The notes under the pieces are model-generated. The model had not been told where the DNA came from. It searched no databases and worked only from the letters and a program-made list of their open reading frames with translations. The translations under genes and the position numbers were made by a program. A DNA stretch of 64,000 nt, taken from IMG/VR virus record IMGVR_UViG_3300030329_003201, positions 9,014 to 73,013 of that record. One strand, given 5' to 3'. The DNA comes from a virus. Shown piece after piece: positions 1 to 8,684 of this stretch (position 1 is the stretch's first letter; each line of letters begins with the position of its first letter).

Positions 1-13
1 GATTGGGAGTCAC

Positions 14-280
14 TTGCAAAATACGCAGAGTCTTTCAATGACAACTCCAAATAGAAAGTTTCCAAAGCGCACAGAGTTTGATGAGTATGCTTTAGAGAAG
101 AGCAATGTTGCTTCACGCCATGCGTTCTACCGTGCTTTCGGTGAAGGCAAATCGGTGAAAGAAAGCTGGGACATTGCTGAGAAAGAGAGAAACAAAGTCT
201 ACGAGGCGACAACCGGGGAGCCACTTCCTGGTGGTATCAGGTCATACGGAGACGTGAGTAGTCTCGAAGACGAGCCATGA
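14..280 (+). CDS. Hypothetical protein
   Basis: 88-aa ORF with protein-like composition; true start may be ATG at 38. Confidence 0.55.
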   Translation: MQNTQSLSMTTPNRKFPKRTEFDEYALEKSNVASRHAFYRAFGEGKSVKESWDIAEKERNKVYEATTGEPLPGGIRSYGDVSSLEDEP

Positions 281-761
281 CTTCTTTCTTATCCGACTCT
301 GTCTTTGGAACTCCTATCTCTACAGCGCGTGCAAGCCTGCGATGATCTTTCTTCTTGTGCTCCAAGTAGACCCTGATCGCAGTCCTTGCCTCGTTGTCAG
401 AGAGCAGAATGCGGAAGGCCGTTCCGGCTCGTTGCTTTAGTTGTGATGCAACTAGAACAACAGCCGGGTCGTTCTCCTGCATTGCCTGCTTACACATTTC
501 AATATCAAGCAAGTCCACGTCGAGAGCGGCATCAAAGTCAGCCTGTTTAGGCTCAGGAAAGAACTCAGTTCTTATTGTGTTCTGCTTCCTGTCAGTTCTT
601 CTGCCGCCATACACGACGCGGACATCACGCCAAGCTGTTGTCCTGGTCACACCGAACCGATCTTGCAACGCACGACGAACCTCTTTGTCGGTGAATCCTG
701 AATTGATCATTCGGCTCGCAACGTCCACGCGCTCTTCAGCATCACGGCAAACCTTAGCCAT
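237..761 (-). CDS. Putative helix-turn-helix DNA-binding protein
   Basis: GFTDKEVRRALQDRFGVTRTTAWRDV resembles an HTH; start chosen at ATG 761 behind GAAGG. Confidence 0.6.
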   Translation of the reverse strand: MAKVCRDAEERVDVASRMINSGFTDKEVRRALQDRFGVTRTTAWRDVRVVYGGRRTDRKQNTIRTEFFPEPKQADFDAALDVDLLDIEMCKQAMQENDPAVVLVASQLKQRAGTAFRILLSDNEARTAIRVYLEHKKKDHRRLARAVEIGVPKTESDKKEVMARLRDYSRLRMT

Positions 762-772
762 AGGACCTTCAC

Positions 773-1177
773 ATGTCTGATTATCCTTCGATGCCATTTG
801 GAAACCCATCCGCGCCAACCTGGCGCAAAGCATTAGATGTTGCGGAAGGCAAAGCCGTTCCGATAACACCCACTCACTATATCGTTGTTCAGCTTTGGTT
901 AGCTTGGAGAATGGTTCAGTACGAAACCGGAGACGACACCGACATCGTTACGTTTGCTGCTGACTGTAATGCAACAGCGCGTGAAGCGACATCAGCCCTG
1001 GCAGGAACAATCAACAGCCAAAAGTTCACGATGAACGGTGTGATCCGCTGGGCAAGCGCAATCTCAAATGCGTGGAAAGATCGTGGCGTAAGTTACGAAC
1101 TCTGGATTGTTGTTCGGCCAGATGGAACCGGCACTGTAATCCCAAGACAACTGAACCAGGAGAACGAAAATGCATGA
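773..1177 (+). CDS. Hypothetical protein
   Basis: 134-aa ORF with AGGA upstream; overlaps the start of the next ORF. Confidence 0.6.
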   Translation: MSDYPSMPFGNPSAPTWRKALDVAEGKAVPITPTHYIVVQLWLAWRMVQYETGDDTDIVTFAADCNATAREATSALAGTINSQKFTMNGVIRWASAISNAWKDRGVSYELWIVVRPDGTGTVIPRQLNQENENA

Positions 1178-1388
1178 GCAAATGATCGGTGTTCCACAGA
1201 GCGCCTTGTACTTTCCCTTATCGGTACTCGTCTTTATACTGATCTCTCGAATCGTAGGACACATACTTCTGTGGAAGTGCCCAAAAGCTTTTGAGCATCG
1301 TCAGGCAATGGGGGTTGGCTTTGGGATAACGTTCCACACAGCCTTCTTTTCCACCATGATTGTCTTGTATTGTATGAACTTAGATTAG
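1170..1388 (+). CDS. Small membrane protein with two TM helices
   Basis: Two hydrophobic stretches in 72 aa; GGAG upstream. Confidence 0.6.
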   Translation: MHEQMIGVPQSALYFPLSVLVFILISRIVGHILLWKCPKAFEHRQAMGVGFGITFHTAFFSTMIVLYCMNLD

Positions 1389-1558
1389 TTTGCAGTTCTG
1401 CTTTCTCTTGAAATGTTCACCCATTGGCATCGACTGCACCACGTTGCGCCTTTGAACGTTCCAGCAATCACCCGGATGTACGGAGGAAACGGCGCTCCCC
1501 TACTCATACATACAGGGCACACAGCGTCCAACACTTCCCCAAGCCTGCCGTCAAGCAT
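1385..1558 (-). CDS. Possible small zinc-finger protein
   Basis: MLDGRLGEVLDAVCPVC...WCSRC has two CxxC pairs and fills the gap between + strand genes. Confidence 0.4.
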   Translation of the reverse strand: MLDGRLGEVLDAVCPVCMSRGAPFPPYIRVIAGTFKGATWCSRCQWVNISRESRTAN

Positions 1559-1625
1559 CACCCGTGTTCCCGCGCTAAAGCATTGTCTAAGCGGTTCAGT
1601 TGTGTTTATCTCTGGAAAGAGTGAG

Positions 1626-2018
1626 ATGACCATGGGTAATGAGAACAACAAGCAGAATGGAACGGGTAAGTATGATTTCTTTATATCAGACCGGCTCGTT
1701 GAGAGGGGTATAGAAAATCGTAAAACACGACCAAAGTATTGGTCGGCATGGCAGGAAGATCCTAAGCTGGCCGGGATCGTTGCTTCTTTTGAAAGCGCAT
1801 TGGGCGAGCGCCTATCTGTCATTGGCGTCTCAGACACAGGCGTACCGCTACTAAACATTACCTCATCAAGGAAATCCATTCGCGCGAAAGCAAAGAAAGT
1901 AGGCCTTGTTTGGGGCAGGTGGCCTCGTGAATGCGGTTCATTTGTGACGTGCTGGCTTCCAGGTAGGCCCACCGAACCGTTACCGTCAAACCCATACCTT
2001 GCTTCTCAAATGGATTGA
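1626..2018 (+). CDS. Hypothetical protein
   Basis: 3' part of the 1413-2018 ORF (MTMGNENNK...) is protein-like. Confidence 0.55.
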   Translation: MTMGNENNKQNGTGKYDFFISDRLVERGIENRKTRPKYWSAWQEDPKLAGIVASFESALGERLSVIGVSDTGVPLLNITSSRKSIRAKAKKVGLVWGRWPRECGSFVTCWLPGRPTEPLPSNPYLASQMD

Positions 2019-2042
2019 CAGCAGCAGGATTTAGATTACACT
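2015..2042 (+). promoter_or_regulatory. Sigma70-type promoter for the leader RNA/tRNA-Asn transcript
   Basis: TTGACA (2015-2020), 16-nt spacer, TACACT (2037-2042); predicted +1 near G2049. Confidence 0.7.
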
Positions 2043-2048
2043 TAAGGT

Positions 2049-2130
2049 GTCGATAATTTGGTTGCCTCTAGATTACCGACTTTGTGTACATGCACCCAGA
2101 GAGGACCCACCTCTCTGGGTGTCATGCTTT
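2049..2130 (+). ncRNA. Candidate antisense sRNA in the tRNA 5' leader (two hairpins; loop complementary to the early-gene RBS motif)
   Basis: Hairpin 2049-2059/2070-2080 with loop GGTTGCCTCT; second 12-bp perfect hairpin CACCCAGAGAGG/CCTCTCTGGGTG (2093-2121). Confidence 0.6.
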
Positions 2131-2203
2131 TGGGGTGTAGTTCAATTGGCAGAACGCCTGACTGTTAATCAGGAAGTTGCAGGTTCGAGTCCTGCTGCCC
2201 CAG
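2131..2203 (+). tRNA. tRNA-Asn (GTT)
   Basis: Cloverleaf: acceptor TGGGGTG/TGCCCCA, D-arm GTTC/GAAC, anticodon arm CCTGA-CTGTTAA-TCAGG, T-arm GCAGG-TTCGAGT-CCTGC, discriminator G; full CCA not encoded. Confidence 0.96.
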
Positions 2204-2208
2204 CCTTA

Positions 2209-2592
2209 TCAAGCCTTCTTCTTGGCAGGAGCTTTCTTCTTAGGCGCTGCCTTCTTCTTGGCAGGAGCCTTCTTCTTAGGCGCTGCCTTCTTCTTAGGCG
2301 CTGCCTTCTTCACGACAACATCATCTGGTGTGCCAAGCTTTCCATCATCACCAGGCATAATCTCTACATCGATAAAACCAACAGATGCCTTTGCGCTGCC
2401 CGATGTTCCGCTAAGTTCCAGTGCATAGATATGCGCCAGCAAATCACGAATAGGTTTGCAATGGCGACACGCGCCACGGTTGTTGTGTAGACATCGAGAT
2501 CCAGGGTAATACTCACCGGACTCAGGACAGGCAGTCTGCTTTTCGTATTGTGCAAGCTGCGATTTAGAAAGAAGAGACGGTTGTAGTGCCAT
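2209..2592 (-). CDS. Protein with Cys-rich N-terminus and histone H1-like KKAAPK tail
   Basis: C-terminus KKAAPKKKAAPKKKAPAKKKAAPKKKAPAKKKA; AGGAG RBS. Confidence 0.85.
   Translation of the reverse strand: MALQPSLLSKSQLAQYEKQTACPESGEYYPGSRCLHNNRGACRHCKPIRDLLAHIYALELSGTSGSAKASVGFIDVEIMPGDDGKLGTPDDVVVKKAAPKKKAAPKKKAPAKKKAAPKKKAPAKKKA
2212..2310. repeat. 18-bp coding tandem repeats (KKKAAP/KKKAPA)
   Basis: Repeated CTTCTTCTTAGGCGCTGC / CTTCTTCTTGGCAGGAGC units. Confidence 0.85.
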
Positions 2593-2621
2593 TGTTTACT
2601 CCTAAATGGGAGTAAAGTCTA

Positions 2622-4016
2622 TCACCAATCTTGTCCACTTTCGTATATATCATCAATGTCTGCACGCTTTCTCATGGCTGATTGCTTTATGTATGAGTCA
2701 ACCATATCAAGACGATCAGAAAACTTCTGGTGGTTGGCGTTCCAGTCGAGAAGAACCGTGCCGGTTGGACCATTCCGTTGCTTTGCAATGATGGCCTCGG
2801 CATGATTTGGGTTTGCCTTTGGGTCATAGTAATGGTGCCGGTACAAAAAGATAGCCACATCAGCGTCTTGTTCCAACGACCCCGAGCCTCTAAGGTCGGA
2901 AAGCTTAGGCCGCTTGTTGGTCCTTGCTTCACAACCTCGATTCAACTGAGCCAAACACAGGACAGGAATAGAAAGGTTCCGCGATAAGATCTTCATCGAA
3001 GTGGAGATCTGTGCAACCGACTGCTCAACGCTCTCTGCATTTGGTTGCTTGATTAGCTGAAGGTAATCCACGATGATCAGGCCCAGGTCTGGCCGCATTG
3101 CCTTTAGCCGTCTCGCTTTCGCAGAGATCTTGGCTACGCTAATGCCGGACTCATCATGAACAAAAAATGGTGCGTTGTGTATAAACTCAAGCGCATCGCT
3201 ATCCAAACGATCCCAATCCTTCAAGTTCAGCGAACCGCTTCGGATCTTACTTGAATCAACACCGGACAATGACGACGCTACACGATCAATCAAGGCCCCC
3301 CTGTCCATTTCAAGAGAGAAGAAACCAACAGGAATGTTGGAGCGCAATGCTTCTACAGCAATGTTCAGCGCCATTGCCGTCTTTCCCATTGAAGGGCGGG
3401 CCGCCAGAAGAATCAGTCCCGGCTCAATACTGCAAAGCTTTCTGTCGAGATCAGGTATGCCGGTCTTAAGTTTTACAGTAGTGGGATTCTTGTGCTGTTC
3501 AACACGGGACTCCCATCTGTTCTGCGCGTCAAGAGCCATGCTCGACCCATTGTGCCAGTCAGTCTGAGACTGATCGCCTGCAATATTCAACAGGTTCTTT
3601 TGGGCTGACTCGATAAGCTCATCAAGCTCAAGAGATGGATCAGATGAGTTGCTGATTAGCTTTTGAGAAGCCAGCACCATTTTGCGACGAATAGATGTTT
3701 CCTTTATTCTTTCCGCGTACTCGGGAACAATCATTGGAATGCAAGCGTAATCACCCATTTCCGAAATATTGGTTAAGCTTCCGTACTTTGCTGAGTCCAA
3801 ATCAATGATGTGCTGAGACACCACTAAACTATCAAAATACTTAGACTGTCTTCGAAAGGTTTTTAGTAGATCAAACAATCTGCCATTGGCCGTGACAGAG
3901 AAATCATGCTTCGATAAAATCCCATCAACCTCATCAATCAACTCATGGTTCATGAGTATTGCGCCTAAGAGCGCTTTTTCTATCTGGACTGTTGCGGGAA
4001 GTTTTTTAATTTCCAA
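2622..4016 (-). CDS. dnaB: Replicative DNA helicase
   Basis: Motifs AARPSMGKT, FSLEM, IIVDYLQL, LAQLNR, DLRGSGSLEQDAD, KQRNGPTG. Confidence 0.97.
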   Translation of the reverse strand: MEIKKLPATVQIEKALLGAILMNHELIDEVDGILSKHDFSVTANGRLFDLLKTFRRQSKYFDSLVVSQHIIDLDSAKYGSLTNISEMGDYACIPMIVPEYAERIKETSIRRKMVLASQKLISNSSDPSLELDELIESAQKNLLNIAGDQSQTDWHNGSSMALDAQNRWESRVEQHKNPTTVKLKTGIPDLDRKLCSIEPGLILLAARPSMGKTAMALNIAVEALRSNIPVGFFSLEMDRGALIDRVASSLSGVDSSKIRSGSLNLKDWDRLDSDALEFIHNAPFFVHDESGISVAKISAKARRLKAMRPDLGLIIVDYLQLIKQPNAESVEQSVAQISTSMKILSRNLSIPVLCLAQLNRGCEARTNKRPKLSDLRGSGSLEQDADVAIFLYRHHYYDPKANPNHAEAIIAKQRNGPTGTVLLDWNANHQKFSDRLDMVDSYIKQSAMRKRADIDDIYESGQDW

Positions 4017-4935
4017 TGGTTGCCTCGTTTATCAATTGAATTGGTTGCCTAAAGTTCTTGTGTTCTTTTCGAAATGCGGCGCAAAACGCCGCCTTCATCT
4101 TTGAAAGAATGTACTCCCCGGTCGCGTCACCGAGAGCGCACCACCCACCAATCGCATCCAGCCCGGCAAGCATCGCCTCGTTGGTGCGATCATCACGACT
4201 GAACCTTGGTGGTTCTGCGCCAAGCTCTCCGACCGCCTGGAGCAATGAAGCCCACCCGCGCTCACTCATCTGGTCACGCTCGTTCTCATTTTGAGTCTCT
4301 GAAATCCACGCCGACCCATCCCACCTTTCGTTGGCGATAGTGACGTTTCGGTCCACCTTCTCGCGATTGAGAAGATTGGAGACATCCATGTACCCACCCT
4401 TTCTCCAGCCATCGACCAGGAAGTCCCCGTCCGGGTACTCGAATGCCATTCGAATGACAAGCATTAGATCCTGTGGAGTGTGCCCACCTTTTAGGGCCGC
4501 ACTCAATACGCGCTTACGCCCAGCAGTCATCTTGTTGGTGCGACCGGATCGCTTTCGTTGAAGCGTGTGCCACAGGTCAAACACTGCCTTAATGTTCATT
4601 TCGTGGGACGAAACCGGGACAGAACTGGGACGCTCAGTCTTAGTGATTTCAACTACTTGTGCGTCACGAGTCTCGCTTTTCTGGGACAAAACTGGGACGG
4701 AAGTGGGACGCGACTTGTCGTGCTGTTCGATAAACTGACGAGTCTTCCGTTCTGCCCAGCCCCAACGATTAGCTAAGCGGCGACGGCCAGGACGAGTCTT
4801 TTGGGAATCCCAACAGGAAAGATCAATTGATACGGCTTCTTCAACCCACGGCTTTGAAAGAGTCTTGGCAAGCACCTGCCATGCACCAAACTCACAAACA
4901 AACCCTGACTTTTCAACTGCCGATTCGCCCACCAT
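4006..4935 (-). CDS. Putative phage replication initiator (lambda O/replisome-organizer-like)
   Basis: Directly upstream of dnaB; N-terminal wHTH-like GRRRLANRWGW; internal iteron-like repeats. Confidence 0.7.
   Translation of the reverse strand: MVGESAVEKSGFVCEFGAWQVLAKTLSKPWVEEAVSIDLSCWDSQKTRPGRRRLANRWGWAERKTRQFIEQHDKSRPTSVPVLSQKSETRDAQVVEITKTERPSSVPVSSHEMNIKAVFDLWHTLQRKRSGRTNKMTAGRKRVLSAALKGGHTPQDLMLVIRMAFEYPDGDFLVDGWRKGGYMDVSNLLNREKVDRNVTIANERWDGSAWISETQNENERDQMSERGWASLLQAVGELGAEPPRFSRDDRTNEAMLAGLDAIGGWCALGDATGEYILSKMKAAFCAAFRKEHKNFRQPIQLINEATIGN
4605..4709 (-). repeat. Iteron array inside the initiator gene (2 x 3 GTCCC, 11-bp period)
   Basis: GGGAC on + at 4605, 4616, 4627 and 4683, 4694, 4705. 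Confidence 0.75.
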
Positions 4936-5023
4936 TTCTGCCTGATCCCAAAGTGAAGTCCCTTCAGAATAGCGGAGCGTGAAGACCTGTCAAGGGAGAT
5001 GACAAACGGTGACAATCCGATCT

Positions 5024-5524
5024 TTATCGCATTTCAATCAATGCATATAATGCCAGGCATGCGGCATCTGCTAAACCATCATGTGCCTTTCTTCTTCGCC
5101 CAGGCCGTAGGTCTAAACCCGGAACACGCTGCTCACAAACAAGAATAGAGCGGCCCTTTCCTTGGCCTGGCGCATCACGAAGTACGCGACTCATCCATGT
5201 CTTTGGGTGGACGCTAATCACAGGCACTTCGTAGCTGGCTAAAATGCCACGCCATAAACCCCAGCCAAGACCGATGGACAACATGCTGGTTCCACCTTGC
5301 CCAGGGCGAGCGCCTTGTTTTTCCACCGCTGCATACACGCGATCCTTATCAACCAGGCTTTGAATCGCCTCGGCCATTCGGTATTCGGCGTACTCACGCT
5401 TGCTTCCTTTACCGATGGGAACCGTAAACTCGGGTTTAGTCATCCAAGAACCAACTACTTTGCCCGCATCATCGATGGCCACAATAGCTCCATCCTTGCC
5501 AGGGTCCACTCCAAGAAAAATCAT
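5024..5524 (-). CDS. RuvC-like Holliday junction resolvase
   Basis: IFLGVDPGKDGA, AVEKQ, VHPKTW, DGLADA motifs. Confidence 0.9.
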   Translation of the reverse strand: MIFLGVDPGKDGAIVAIDDAGKVVGSWMTKPEFTVPIGKGSKREYAEYRMAEAIQSLVDKDRVYAAVEKQGARPGQGGTSMLSIGLGWGLWRGILASYEVPVISVHPKTWMSRVLRDAPGQGKGRSILVCEQRVPGLDLRPGRRRKAHDGLADAACLALYALIEMR

Positions 5525-5760
5525 TCAACCTCCTCAATGTCTGGAACAAGATCATCAAACAGAAGAGAACCAGGAGAAACGCCAAGGACATCGGATAGAT
5601 ACACAATCCGGTTGTGTCTCGGAAGTACCGAGCCGGAAGTGTACTTCTTGAGTAACGAATAGCTGATCCCGTGCTCACGAGAGAACTCTCTCATCCCCTT
5701 GCCGGACACAGCTATGAGCCAGTGTAGGTTCTGCCCGAAAATCTTTGACCTGTCTTGCAT
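5521..5760 (-). CDS. XRE-family HTH transcriptional regulator
   Basis: FGQNL...MREFSREHGISYSLLKKY...P...LSDVLGVSPGSLL pattern. Confidence 0.85.
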   Translation of the reverse strand: MQDRSKIFGQNLHWLIAVSGKGMREFSREHGISYSLLKKYTSGSVLPRHNRIVYLSDVLGVSPGSLLFDDLVPDIEEVE

Positions 5761-5776
5761 GCGTGTTACTTACCAT

Positions 5777-5810
5777 ATGGTGGGCGCAAAAGCTAATCCC
5801 ACCATTGACA
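5777..5810. promoter_or_regulatory. Inverted repeat (operator-like) abutting a -35 box in the divergent control region
   Basis: ATGGTGGG (5777-5784), 13 nt, CCCACCAT (5798-5805), then TTGACA (5805-5810). Confidence 0.5.
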
Positions 5811-5882
5811 GGGCTCATAAAATGAACCATGTTTGTGGTGCGGACAATTTTAGCCCCTTCAATCTAATACAATGGTGACATC

Positions 5883-6458
5883 ATGAATATCATTCCAGAA
5901 GAACAACAGAGCCTCAGAACCAAAGACAAGGCGAATACAAAGAAGATTATCGACGTGTCTTTGCTCGAATCTATCGGCAGCAGAATGGTCACCAAGACTC
6001 TTCTAGAGGTTGACCCGAGTTTTCGAACGAAGGACATGATCTCAAGCTGGCGTATTCCAAACATTCTGAACGCAGTAGATGAATCGACTTGGTTCAACAT
6101 GGTGTCTGCATGCCTTGACGGTCAGAAGAAAACTCTTGTGAATCAACAACCAAACGGTGATTGGCAGCCATGCGGATTTGAGTTCGACAAACGGGAAGAC
6201 AGCGGCGTCCCCACGCTTGTCCTTGGTGTTCGATGGGCGGACCAGAATGGAGCCGAAGATCTTGCTTACCAGAACGGTGCTCCGGTTGTGAACGTCAGCG
6301 TAAAGACCGAGGCACCTCAAGAGAGCGCACAGCTTGCAGAACTACTTACGCTTCTCGCGCAAGGACAGATGTCTGTAAACGAAACGCTTGCTAGCCTCAA
6401 GGCGCAAGAGGACACCACTGAAACAACTAAGGGCCGTAAGCCAAAGGCTAAGTCGTAA
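5883..6458 (+). CDS. Hypothetical protein
   Basis: 191-aa ORF with GGTG upstream. Confidence 0.7.
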   Translation: MNIIPEEQQSLRTKDKANTKKIIDVSLLESIGSRMVTKTLLEVDPSFRTKDMISSWRIPNILNAVDESTWFNMVSACLDGQKKTLVNQQPNGDWQPCGFEFDKREDSGVPTLVLGVRWADQNGAEDLAYQNGAPVVNVSVKTEAPQESAQLAELLTLLAQGQMSVNETLASLKAQEDTTETTKGRKPKAKS

Positions 6459-6633
6459 TATGTTCGTCGTCGGGATGAGCAGGGATGATAGTGCCAGCCT
6501 TCGAGAGACGGCCCGCCTCAGCAAGCTTTCGCCCTCTGTCGAGGGCTTGCCTGCGGTCTTCCCCGTTATCAATCTGGCGCTTCACATATTTTGCCGCACG
6601 GGCGATACCAGTATTTCCAAGTTTCTTTGTCAT
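6448..6633 (-). CDS. Possible small basic protein
   Basis: MTKKLGNTGIARAAKYVKR... fills the gap before yqaJ. Confidence 0.35.
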   Translation of the reverse strand: MTKKLGNTGIARAAKYVKRQIDNGEDRRQALDRGRKLAEAGRLSKAGTIIPAHPDDEHITT

Positions 6634-6671
6634 GAAAACATCATAGCCCATTAGCAGATTCGGAGGCAACC

Positions 6672-7607
6672 TTGTCGCACAGCATAGACTGGCATGAAGC
6701 CAGACGTAAAGGTCTTGGAGGGTCGGACATTGCGGCCATCCTTGGCCTATCCAAATGGCGAACACCCATGGATGTATGGGTAGAAAAGATGGGACTGGTA
6801 GAACCGAGCGAAGAGAACTACGCAATGATGCGTGGAAGGATTCTCGAAGACGCCATCGCACAGTGGTACGGCGAGTTTACTGGGTACGATCTTCATCCTG
6901 GTGAAGAGATGCCCATAGAAGGAAAACACCCTTGGATGTTGGCATCACCTGATCGATACGTCGATGACGACGTATCCCGTTTTATTTTGGAAGTCAAGAG
7001 CGCTCGTTCCGCAGATGACTGGGGCGCAATGGGAACTGCCAAAGTTCCGGTATACTACGCCACCCAGGGCGCTTGGTACATGGCATGTAAGAACATGGAT
7101 CGTTGTGATTATGCTGCCCTGTTTATGATCAACGATGAGTTCAGGATGTACACAGTCCATAGGGATAAAGCTGTGGAGAACCGACTTGTTGAGGTTGCTG
7201 GTGACTGGTGGCAGAAGCACATAGTTAAAGGCGAGCAGCCTGATATGGATGGCTCGAATGCTGCATCTCAGTATCTACAGGACAAGTTTCCTGAAAACGC
7301 AATTGAGATGAGAAGCGCGACCATCGACGAGGAAGACCTGATGCTTGAGTTGGACAGTGTCCAAAACAAAATCAAGGAACTGGAGTCAACCAAGTCGAGG
7401 CTCCAAAACGAAATCAAAGCTTGTATTGGAGAGTCTTCAGGACTCTATACAGGTAGTGGTAAAGCCACCTGGAAGCTCCAAAAAGGACGAGCATCTATCG
7501 ATACCAAGAGACTAAAAGAAGAGTTCCCAGACATTGCAAAGGAACTAACCAAACACTCCAAGCCTAAGCGTATGTTTCGCTTAGATATTAAACACAGAAA
7601 GAGGTAA
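6672..7607 (+). CDS. YqaJ-like viral recombinase exonuclease
   Basis: WHEARRKGLGGSDIAAILG, ASPDR, LEVK motifs. Confidence 0.95.
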   Translation: MSHSIDWHEARRKGLGGSDIAAILGLSKWRTPMDVWVEKMGLVEPSEENYAMMRGRILEDAIAQWYGEFTGYDLHPGEEMPIEGKHPWMLASPDRYVDDDVSRFILEVKSARSADDWGAMGTAKVPVYYATQGAWYMACKNMDRCDYAALFMINDEFRMYTVHRDKAVENRLVEVAGDWWQKHIVKGEQPDMDGSNAASQYLQDKFPENAIEMRSATIDEEDLMLELDSVQNKIKELESTKSRLQNEIKACIGESSGLYTGSGKATWKLQKGRASIDTKRLKEEFPDIAKELTKHSKPKRMFRLDIKHRKR

Positions 7608-7609
7608 CC

Positions 7610-8443
7610 ATGCCGAGAACTAATGAGATCGAGAAGAAAGAAGCGACACCAATGGTCAAGTTCAAAGACCTTGTCGATAAAATGAAGCCAGAGTTGATGG
7701 AGGTACTTCCAAAGCACCTGACTTCTGAGCGAATGGCAAAGGTGTTGATGATTGAAGCACACAACACACCAGCATTGCTGGAGTGCTCGTTCAAATCCAT
7801 TGCCCAATCAGTCATGCTTTCAGCACAGATCGGGCTTGAGCCAGGCGGAATGCTTGGGCACATGTACTTCATTCCATTCAATGACCGTAAGTCTGGCAGC
7901 AAGACCTGCACTCCAATCATTGGGTACAAAGGGATGCTTGAGCTTGCCCGGCGTAGTGGCCAGGTCAAATGGCTTGATGCTCGCGTTGTTTACAAAGGAG
8001 AACCCTTTGGTGTGACTGCGGGTCTTCAGCCGGACATTACTCACGAGGTTCGTGGTGAGGTTGACCGAAATGATAAGAATGTTGTAGCTGCCTACGCTGT
8101 TGTAGTTCTTAAAGACGGCGGCCAATACTTTGAAGTGCTGTGGAAGAACGACATTGATCGTATCAAGAAGCGCTCACGCGGTGGCCGTAGTGGACCGTGG
8201 ATTGACGACTACGCCAGGATGGCACGCAAGAGCGCCATTCGTGCATTGTTCAATGGTGGAGCGGTCCCAATGTCTGTTGAAATGGCGACAGCTATTGAAA
8301 TCGACGGAGACAACCCGCACTACAACACTGACGTTATCGAGGCCACTGTTTCGAACAGCGGCTCACCAACAACGGCTAGCGCATCAGATGGAATGGACGG
8401 CCTTCGAGCAGTCCTTGTCAATGACGACGTAGCAGAAAGCTAA
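7610..8443 (+). CDS. recT: RecT single-strand annealing protein
   Basis: AQIGLEP, YFIPF, IGYKGMLELARRSG, MARKSAIR motifs; follows yqaJ. Confidence 0.95.
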   Translation: MPRTNEIEKKEATPMVKFKDLVDKMKPELMEVLPKHLTSERMAKVLMIEAHNTPALLECSFKSIAQSVMLSAQIGLEPGGMLGHMYFIPFNDRKSGSKTCTPIIGYKGMLELARRSGQVKWLDARVVYKGEPFGVTAGLQPDITHEVRGEVDRNDKNVVAAYAVVVLKDGGQYFEVLWKNDIDRIKKRSRGGRSGPWIDDYARMARKSAIRALFNGGAVPMSVEMATAIEIDGDNPHYNTDVIEATVSNSGSPTTASASDGMDGLRAVLVNDDVAES

Positions 8444-8676
8444 GCGGACTCACCTTCGCCACCTGGAGCGGCTTCATCTTCGGATGGGGCCGCTTCTTCT
8501 TTTGGTGCTGGTGCTTCTTCTGCTGGTGCTTCTTCTGCGGGAACCTCTTCTTCCGCTGCTTCTTCACCGGAGTCCATAAGGTGGCATGTGCCCAAGCTAG
8601 TGGAAATCACCACCACACCGCCAATCAAAGCGACCTTGAGATTCAGTTTCTTCCACAGTTCCTTCAGCTTTTCCAT
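8440..8676 (-). CDS. Small membrane-anchored or lipoprotein-like acidic protein (possible lysis accessory)
   Basis: Basic N-terminus, hydrophobic segment ending SLGTC, E/A/P-rich tail; downstream of the endolysin. Confidence 0.6.
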   Translation of the reverse strand: MEKLKELWKKLNLKVALIGGVVVISTSLGTCHLMDSGEEAAEEEVPAEEAPAEEAPAPKEEAAPSEDEAAPGGEGESA

Positions 8677-8684
8677 TCTATCTC

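Noticed and set aside
2204-2260. Theta/HDV-like ribozyme downstream of the tRNA
   Set aside because: The tRNA is followed immediately by the stop codon of the convergent gene; no nested pseudoknot visible
2047-2490. + strand ORFs with LLLRRC or FFLGAA repeats
   Set aside because: Antisense shadows of the KKAAP repeat gene, and they overlap the tRNA
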